A stretch of DNA of 62,840 bases, counting the filler, from Choristocarpus tenellus KU-1152 (taxonomy: Eukaryota; Protista; Phaeophyceae): NCBI GenBank assembly GCA_964200185.2. It is 9 parts of 9 records of this genome, joined end to end, with 100 filler letters (N's around TTAATTAATTAA, not from the genome) between each part and the next. Parts side by side here need not be neighbours in the genome. Positions count along the whole stretch, not along the records: positions 52,082 to 55,740 come from CAXNAD020018671.1; positions 55,841 to 59,973 come from CAXNAD020016051.1; positions 60,074 to 62,840 come from CAXNAD020024927.1; 6 more parts are not named here. One strand, given 5' to 3'. The translations under genes and the position numbers were made by a program. The notes below the pieces were generated by a model, which was given only the letters and a program-made list of their open reading frames with translations, made no database searches and had not been told where the DNA came from. Of the stretch, positions 55,711 through 62,840 are shown one piece after another (within the stretch, counting starts at the first letter, position 1; every line of letters starts with the position of its first letter).

Positions 55711-55899
55711 GTGAAGAATGGGGGGAAATGGTTTGGGGGGNNNNNNNNNNNNNNNNNNNNNNNNNNNNNNNNNNNNNNNNNNNNTTAATTAATTAANNNN
55801 NNNNNNNNNNNNNNNNNNNNNNNNNNNNNNNNNNNNNNNNCCTCCTCCTTGTCATCGCCGGTGTTGTCCTCCCTTTCGTCCCCATTCTCCCCCCCCCTC

Positions 55900-58329
55900 T
55901 CCTCTCCTCGTACCTCGAATTTAGTCTTCCGTCCTTCTCCCACAAAACCCCCCCTTTCCCTTGCCTCGATAGCAGACCATAGAACTGCCAACACCTTGGT
56001 AGGAATCTTTGTGCCGTTCCCAACAAGTTTCTCGCAAGTCCAAACAATACCCGCCAAAAGTTCCAGCTTACGTCTTTAACCCGCTTCTGTTTCACAGTTC
56101 GCCCGGATCTATCACCATTGTGTATGTAGCCTTCTACAAAACTACTTTTCCTGTACTTATTTAGGATCATAAACGCGGCGTTGTCACGTGTGTGGTCACT
56201 GGTCGGCCGAAGCCAGTGAAGATCCACCCCACGCTCCCCGTCCTCGCTGACGCGCTCCGCTAGGATCTTGCCGACCAAGAGCGGCGCCTACATTGCCACA
56301 AAAAAGGAAAACCTGCCTTCCTGCACGGAGATGAGGTTTCCATGGTTCGCCGATGTCAAGGTAGCACGAGGTCAACCCCGTCGACGGAAGCCAGCTTCTT
56401 CCTTGTCACTGTCCGATGAGGAAGAGTCTGTTTCCTTGAGCCCGTCGAGATCATTGTCACCGCTGACGAGATTATCTCCTCGACCCGAACGTTCGTCCCG
56501 GTTGGTGTCTTCGACGTCGCTGGTACCAGTTCCAGCGCCATCGTCATCGATGGGAAGCCAATGGACAGGGAGGTCGAAATATCGTTCCCCTGTCTTTTTG
56601 AGAAGCCGCACAGACTCGCTTTGCTCGTGTTTCACTCTCTGAACCACTTCATCGTCTGCGAAGGTGGAATCCATGAGCACGAGAACATCAACAGTATGGA
56701 AGCATGAATGTTACTTTGTAACCAGGCGTGAGGTTTCACGAATGCGCTCGGGGAGCATGCAGTGAGAGGGAGGGTGTATTTTCGTCGGATTCGTTTATGT
56801 TGAGTACAAGACCGGTACCCTCAAAACATTTATCAGGGTAATGTATAGTACTTTTTTTATTGTAACATGCGACGATCACTGCACATGAGAATTGAATATT
56901 TTTCAAGATTGTTTTTCTAAAGACTTTAAAGGCTGCCTCGTACAGAAGTTGCACCAGATTTTTTGGCTGTCACCGAATACGAAAATTAGCTATCAACTCC
57001 CCTCACGAAAAAATCGACTTACCCAGTGGGTACGCAGCAGCGAGACGCTCGTGCGACGCCTGGTACCGCTGCTCCACCTTCAGGATGACGTCTTCGGGAA
57101 CGCTCTTGAGCTGTAGGGTGGTGCATCTTGGATACGAGGCGGGTGGCCGATGAAGAGGTCGTGCGGAGGGGCGTTGGCGTCGATAGCAAGGTCTCCGCCT
57201 ATCCCACTCCATTCTGTGCTATGCATGTATTGCTTTACGCTAACCTTAACCTGCCCATCACCGCCTTTTTCAACGCGAAAAGCCCTGTAGCTCGTGGTAT
57301 TGGGGACATGGTTGACGCGACCGCCAAGGAGTCCCTTCAAGTTGCCCTCGTTCCGTAGGGTCTTGCAGTAGACAGGAACCTCCGTGTAAGAGGCCTGCAG
57401 CTCTTCACCCAACTGTGTTCTTGTGAATATGTTCTTCCCTTTTATACTACGTGAGAACCTGAAGGTGAAATGCAAGCAAGTTAGTTTTGAGGCGGGAGCG
57501 AAAGAAACGAAGTGGAGAAGCAAGATATATATGCAGGCACATGCTCCGATGCATGTATATGGAAGTATAAATATAAAAAGGGGTGATGCGTATATTTTTT
57601 TTATTGTTTTGTTTCGAGAGTAGGTTAGGAAACAGTTTTGGCAGCTGCTCTTATCGTTCAATTTTTTGGTGGGGAAATCAAAAGCCAATCAATCAATTAC
57701 AGTGTATGACCATAAACCTTCCATGGGTGCAACAAGCGTGAACTGCAAGCCTCAAGGCAGTATCTGTCCGTATAATAACACTGTGTGGCTATCGCACTTG
57801 CATATCTTGCCTAATTACCTGGAGAAGATCTGATCGATTTTGATGTGCATGTGCCCCACCATCATAAAATATATCTCGACCACACGAATAACACTCGCTG
57901 TAACCAACAGCCCTGCATATCCGAGATATAAATTGTTCTTGTTCTCTGAGACGCAGTTGTCGACCTGGCCAGTTTGGGGAGTTGGGAGCGAGGGAGGGAT
58001 AGGCATGAGGCAGATATGTCAGCCCATTTCGTCGCGTTTCGTGGAGGAACAGGGTAGGTTTCCAGTATTGCTAGAGCGCAATCTCTACATCACCGCCATA
58101 ATACATGCAGGTTGCAACACACAAACCAAAACTAAAGATCGTGCGGTTAGTTACTTGGTGACCGGTATTGAGCGAGTACGTGTTGAGTAGGTCATGTCAA
58201 GATGAAACTTTCTTACCTGCCAATGCGCGTGCTGGATGATGCAATTCCCCGCGTGATCGAGGCTGTTGTGGTACTTGTCGATAAACCTTGTGAGGGCAAG
58301 GTGGGTGACTGTGCAGACAAGGTTACAAC
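55900..58329 (-). mobile_element. Intron-containing Sola/DUF7869-type transposase gene, 5'-truncated and mildly decayed; exons 58329-58217, 57964-57819, 57458-~57022, then ~56680 downward
   Basis: In-frame splicing gives CNLVCTVTHLAL...HWQ|VDNCVSENKN...YFMMVGHMHIKIDQIFSR|FSR (DNCxxENKN and GHxHxxxDQxFS motifs). Probable frameshift near 57110; acidic linker and a VGKI...VDLHW C-terminal region with stops. Confidence 0.8.
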
Positions 58330-58395
58330 CTGCGCGAACGATGATATCCGTCGTTAGTTGGCAAAAAGTACTCTGCTCACTTACGCATTGTTTAA

Positions 58396-58653
58396 GAGCC
58401 GAAGTATCTTAGAGGGTAGAGCCGCGTCCATTTCGGGGTCAAATTCGAATGTTCCGATTTTGATGTAATTTTGACTATCATGTTTTTGAGGAAGTGTCAA
58501 TATCCTTGTTCCGGACACACCTTTTCATCACGTGCAAATTTTACCTACTCCGAAACATATCGGAGTAGGAAAAAGTCATAAAACACCTGTGGAAAGCCAA
58601 GTCCCATATGGACAAACAGGGAAAAAATCGTACCCTCTAAGATACTTTCACTC
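58396..58653 (+). mobile_element. Family-A MITE (258 bp)
   Basis: GAGCCGAAGTATCTTAGAGGG ... CCCTCTAAGATACTTTCACTC; flanks TTAA / TCAA. Confidence 0.9.
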
Positions 58654-59450
58654 TCAAGCCTACCTGAACGCACCACTTCCTGAAGATGTATTGCTACAAA
58701 TGCCCAATGGATCCATCGCAAAAACTGCCAGGGCCATCTATGGCCTTAAGCAATCAGCAATGGAATGGTACAAGGATCTAAAGGGAAAATTTTAGCTGAG
58801 GGGTGGAGTGCTAGCGACTTTGACACCTGCTTATATAAAAAAAGGAGTGAAGACGGAAGGATTGCTGTTCTTTTTACTACGTGGATGATATCTGATACTC
58901 ATCAATGAAGCACCTGTTGCATGGAAATCCAAGATGCAGGGAGCTGTAACCACATCTTCATCAGAGGCAGAATGGACAGCGATGATGCATGGAATGAGGC
59001 ATGCAATATTCCTCAGAGGCATCCTAGGGGAGGTGGGCATAGCGTTAACGTTAACAAGAAAAATGTGATATGTGTGAGAATTGAACCAATCTGATGTCTT
59101 TTAATTCCATTTTTCATGGGGAAGTGTGCAGAATGGGAGTGTGCGCATTAAGATGTTTTAGGTTTGAGAGTTCCAGCAACTCTTCATTGCCTGCACTCTC
59201 ATGGGGGAGTGTGCAAAATAGGACAATAGTGAGGTGTACCTTACTTTGTGTATGAGAGATAGTCATTTTGATTAAGTCCATGTGATGTAACTAATGAGAA
59301 AGTACATCAGAATTATGAATGGAATATGTATAGATTTTGTTGATTTGAGTTCAACTGCTTTGATTTAATTGTTGACTTCTGTAGGAAGCACAAATAATAA
59401 TAAAACAAGCAATGAGAAGAGACCCCACAAAGGTCACTCTTCTAATTTCA
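58654..59450 (+). mobile_element. Ty1/copia RT-RNase H fragment with polypurine tract and probable 3' LTR
   Basis: QAYLNAPLPEDV...RAIYGLKQSAMEWY, then YVDD fused directly to LINEAPVAWKSKMQGAVTTSSSEAE (internal deletion); ATGGGGGAG|TGT at 59201-59212. Confidence 0.85.
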
Positions 59451-59924
59451 ACCATCCATTCTTTTTCACGATCAGCAAAGGGTTCGTGTGAGGCTTCACA
59501 CCCTCTTATCTTCACTACCGAGAAATAGCATTACCTCCCAAGGTAATTTGCACAAACACCTACCTTCCGTTGGAGTGAGAAGTAGCGCGAACGAGTAGTT
59601 TGTTGCATCGTGGCTCTTGAACGCTGGCCTTGGTGATCTCTTCTTCATCCACACCTTCTGTCTAAATGAAATATATATCACCCAATCCGATGAGTTTCTT
59701 CTGACTCCGTGTGAGACCCATCAGAAGCCATGAGTGATGCAGTACCAATTCAAAAACCAGTCCGGCTGCGCCTCTCCTAGGTAGAGTTTGTGTTAGGTGC
59801 TTAAGTGTGCTAAGAAGCTTGGCGCATGTAAGGCTCGTCGACGAAAGCTAGCAGTTGAATTACATAGTAAAGCACACACTGAATTATTAGTTGTCCGCAG
59901 GGTATTGTCCACTTCATGTCCAAT

Positions 59925-59973
59925 ATAACTATATTTTATTATTATGCCCTCTGACATTTTGCAGATGTGTCAG
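59925..59973 (-). mobile_element. 3' terminus of the RLE-type non-LTR family
   Basis: Minus strand CTGACACATCTGCAAAATGTCAGAGGGCATAATAATA is identical to 13715-13751. Confidence 0.85.
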
Positions 59974-60339
59974 NNNNNNNNNNNNNNNNNNNNNNNNNNN
60001 NNNNNNNNNNNNNNNNNTTAATTAATTAANNNNNNNNNNNNNNNNNNNNNNNNNNNNNNNNNNNNNNNNNNNNGGTTGGGGTGTGGGGGCGGAGGGGAGG
60101 GTGGCGCGGGCTGGATGGGGGGGGGGTAGGAAGGGGGGAGGAGAGAAAGGGTGTAGAATGGTGATGCAGATGCATCTGGTTCAGGCGGAAGTGGATGGGA
60201 CTGAGAGGCAACATTGGACAATCAGGGGAGGGAAGGGGAGGGAGGGGAGGGGGGAAGAGTGATATGGGGGAGAGCATGCACATGGTGTACTGTGCACAAG
60301 CCACCCTTTTTTATGTTGGCACAAACATGGCACCGTTTC

Positions 60340-61490
60340 TTCAGTACTTGTTCCTTCATTTGCTCAGGGAGTGAGAATATACAACATACTGGAAGTAAAC
60401 ATCTTGTAAGTATGGATAACCTGTGGAGCAGCTAACTGTGCTGTTCTGGTTGAAGTAGTAGACTTACAGAGCACCGTTAGTCTTCTTCTAAGTCATCTTT
60501 GTTGGTTTGTTTCTTGCTTTCTTCACAGTAGTAGTATAGTAGTGGTGGTATTGACAGGAAGGCATAATGTGACATGCTTTGACTGTGCACATACCTATGG
60601 TTGTTGCTGCTTCTCCTTCCTGTGCAACATGTACGTGAGTCACGAGTTTTGCTCCCATACAGGTAGGAGTTTGATGTGAAACAGTTTTTTTTTTGCTTTG
60701 AGCATCTTTGGTTCTCATCATGTGACATACACTTTCAAGTTCTATTTTTTTTTCACAATGTGCCCGAAGCAGAAAACTCTTGAAAGGGGAGGATATCCCA
60801 TATTGTAAGGCTCTGTGAGACTAGAAGGATGTAAATGCAGCATGGCCTATGATGATGCTGCTGAAAATGGTCATCTATACAGTTTGAAGTGGGTCCTCAC
60901 CTCTAGCAGATTTTAGCAAGAAGCTGCAATACTCTTGGGATGTCGATGGCATCCCTGTTGTTTTTCAGCATCTGTGTAGGTATTGATATTTTTGTGTACA
61001 GTTAGTTGTAGAAAGCAGCAGTGAAATGGTCACAGGCATCTTGCCAAGAAAGCTACTTAAGACTAGCATGCCACCCACCAGCAAATACTTTCCTACACTT
61101 TTTGAAGCAGAAAGAACTAGGAAAATATTTTTTCCTGAGTCAAAGTATTTTAGAGGGTAAAGCCGCGTCCGTTCGGGGACCAAAGTCCAATGTTGCGATT
61201 TGGATGTTACTTTCGCTATCGTGTTTGTTAGGAAGTGTCAATACCCTTGCTCCGGACACACCCTTTCATAACACACACATTTTACCTACTCCGAAACATT
61301 TTGGAGTAGGTAAAATGTCAGAAATAACCCGTGAGAAGCCAAGACCCACACGGACAAATAGGGCAAAACTCGTACCCTCTAAGATACTTTCGCTCTTCCT
61401 GTAGCTTGAGTGTATGCATGTTTTGGATAGATGCAGCAGGTGACATGATCAAATACATTTTGGAATGGTGAGGTAGCGGGGTAGCCCTCT
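60340..61490 (+). pseudogene. Decayed ankyrin-like repeat gene (AAxNGHLxxLKW...WD type)
   Basis: AYDDAAENGHLYSLKWVL...YSWD (~60850-60945), WITCGAA (~60415), DAAG...ILEW (~61430-61470); frameshifted and interrupted by a MITE. Confidence 0.4.
61137..61395 (+). mobile_element. Family-A MITE (259 bp), flanked by a TTCCT direct repeat
   Basis: GAGTCAAAGTATTTTAGAGGG ... CCCTCTAAGATACTTTCGCTC; TTCCT at 61132-61136 and 61396-61400. Confidence 0.9.
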
Positions 61491-62840
61491 AGGAAAGTAT
61501 TGCTAAGGAAGGGACTGGGAGAAGGAGGGAGGAGGGGGGGGGTCTACCTCTTCCTCTGTACTTCAAAGAATTTGACAGCATGACTACTCTTGGGTACGTC
61601 TGTTTGTGCCTCTCGAAATAAATTAGTCTTTGTTATAAGAGAGTGAGTGGTTGGCGATTGATGTCTAAATGAGATTGGAAGCAGGGACCTACAGTCTCGA
61701 TCTCCATAGATTGTGTCCTTGGTTATCCTGATGAGAAAGATACAACTATAACATAGTTGCCATAGAAGGGTTAATGTGCTGGAGGGAATCGATGTTTGTG
61801 AGAAGTGGGAGAAAGGGCGTTTTGGATGCATGGGGCATGTCAGCAGCAGAGAAAAATGTGGGGCGTTGTTTGAGCTTGGACAGTAACAATTTAATGCTTG
61901 GAGGATGATAGTAAAGACAATGATCAGATCATGTTTAGTGGTAAAACGCAATGTAAGATCAATATTCGAGGATATGTCACACACAAGAAATGTAAAAGAC
62001 AGAAACAAGTGGTACGTTATCACAATAACATGACATATATTGCACACAATACCTTAGTGACTAGAGGATGCATCTATTCTGGAGAACTTAGAAGTCCTGT
62101 TCATCATGTATACTTACTAGGCTCGCATAGTAGCATTGTCTTTGCGCACGTTTCTGACAGCAACACATCATCAAAGTTTGCTTTCTTCTCTTCGCTGTTG
62201 CATCAAGAGCAGTCAGATCCACATTTTGTGAGAGGAGAATAACGCAACGTTTGACCTAGCTCAACCCGATGGTTTTGTGTGGTTGAGGCCAATTGGCAAC
62301 ACTGGAGGAATGGCTGGGGTAATATCTAAGAGTAGAGTACTATAGGTACACAATATAACACCATTGCGTCAAAGTAAACGAGAGGTACCCAGAGTTGCAT
62401 TTTAAAGATGGTGACAAATATGTCCAAAACTTGTCTATTTTTACAAATGCGTATAGGATATTTTCTGAAATGTGTCGAATTTATCTAACAATAGAGAAAT
62501 CAAGGTTCTCAAGTGAAACTTAGCACATCAATATAGAAATATGGGTGGATTGAAAGAAAAAAAAAACTAGCTCAAAATGCAAAACGCCCAAAACCTACCT
62601 CCAGTCATTACATTCTGCAATCTTCCACAACACTCCTCATTTGTAAACATAGGGTACTCATTTTGTTAAAGAAATTTGTGTTCCCAAGACTTCTGTATGT
62701 AAATAACTCTATTAATTCCTTATTATACAGAACAGGTTGTACATGGAGTAAGGAAGGTGAAAGGAAGGAGAGTGAGCTTCAAAGCTCAAAGGGGGTCATC
62801 ACCTTACGATTCTCATATTCTAATAACACGTCACTCAATC

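Overview
This is eukaryotic genomic DNA, not one locus. Nine short contigs are joined by artificial linkers of about 100 bp (N-run, TTAATTAATTAA, N-run), so adjacency across a linker means nothing. Hand-spliced host genes: (i) the last nine exons of an NRPS-type terminal thioester-reductase (R/SDR_e1) domain gene on the minus strand (25112-32041; reading frame intact, one GC-AG intron); (ii) four exons of a SNF2/ISWI-like remodeller (52739-55710); (iii) two phase-compatible exons of a low-complexity protein (35153-37340). Most of the rest is transposon debris: three Sola/DUF7869-type transposases (one intron-split and nearly intact), two MITE families sharing an AAAGTATCT terminal core (4-bp TSDs in the best copies), RLE-type (CRE-like) non-LTR elements with a conserved 3' stem-loop, copia fragments, a MULE relic, and a hAT-like transposase preceded by ~108-aa tandem repeats. 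Long introns, TTAGGG-type repeats and the TE repertoire suggest an alga such as a brown alga; this is inference, not checked. I found no CRISPR array, rRNA, tRNA or prokaryotic operon, and nothing I can show to be a wholly new system. The best leads are the Sola/MITE lineage, the repeat-bearing hAT protein and the NRPS-like reductase.
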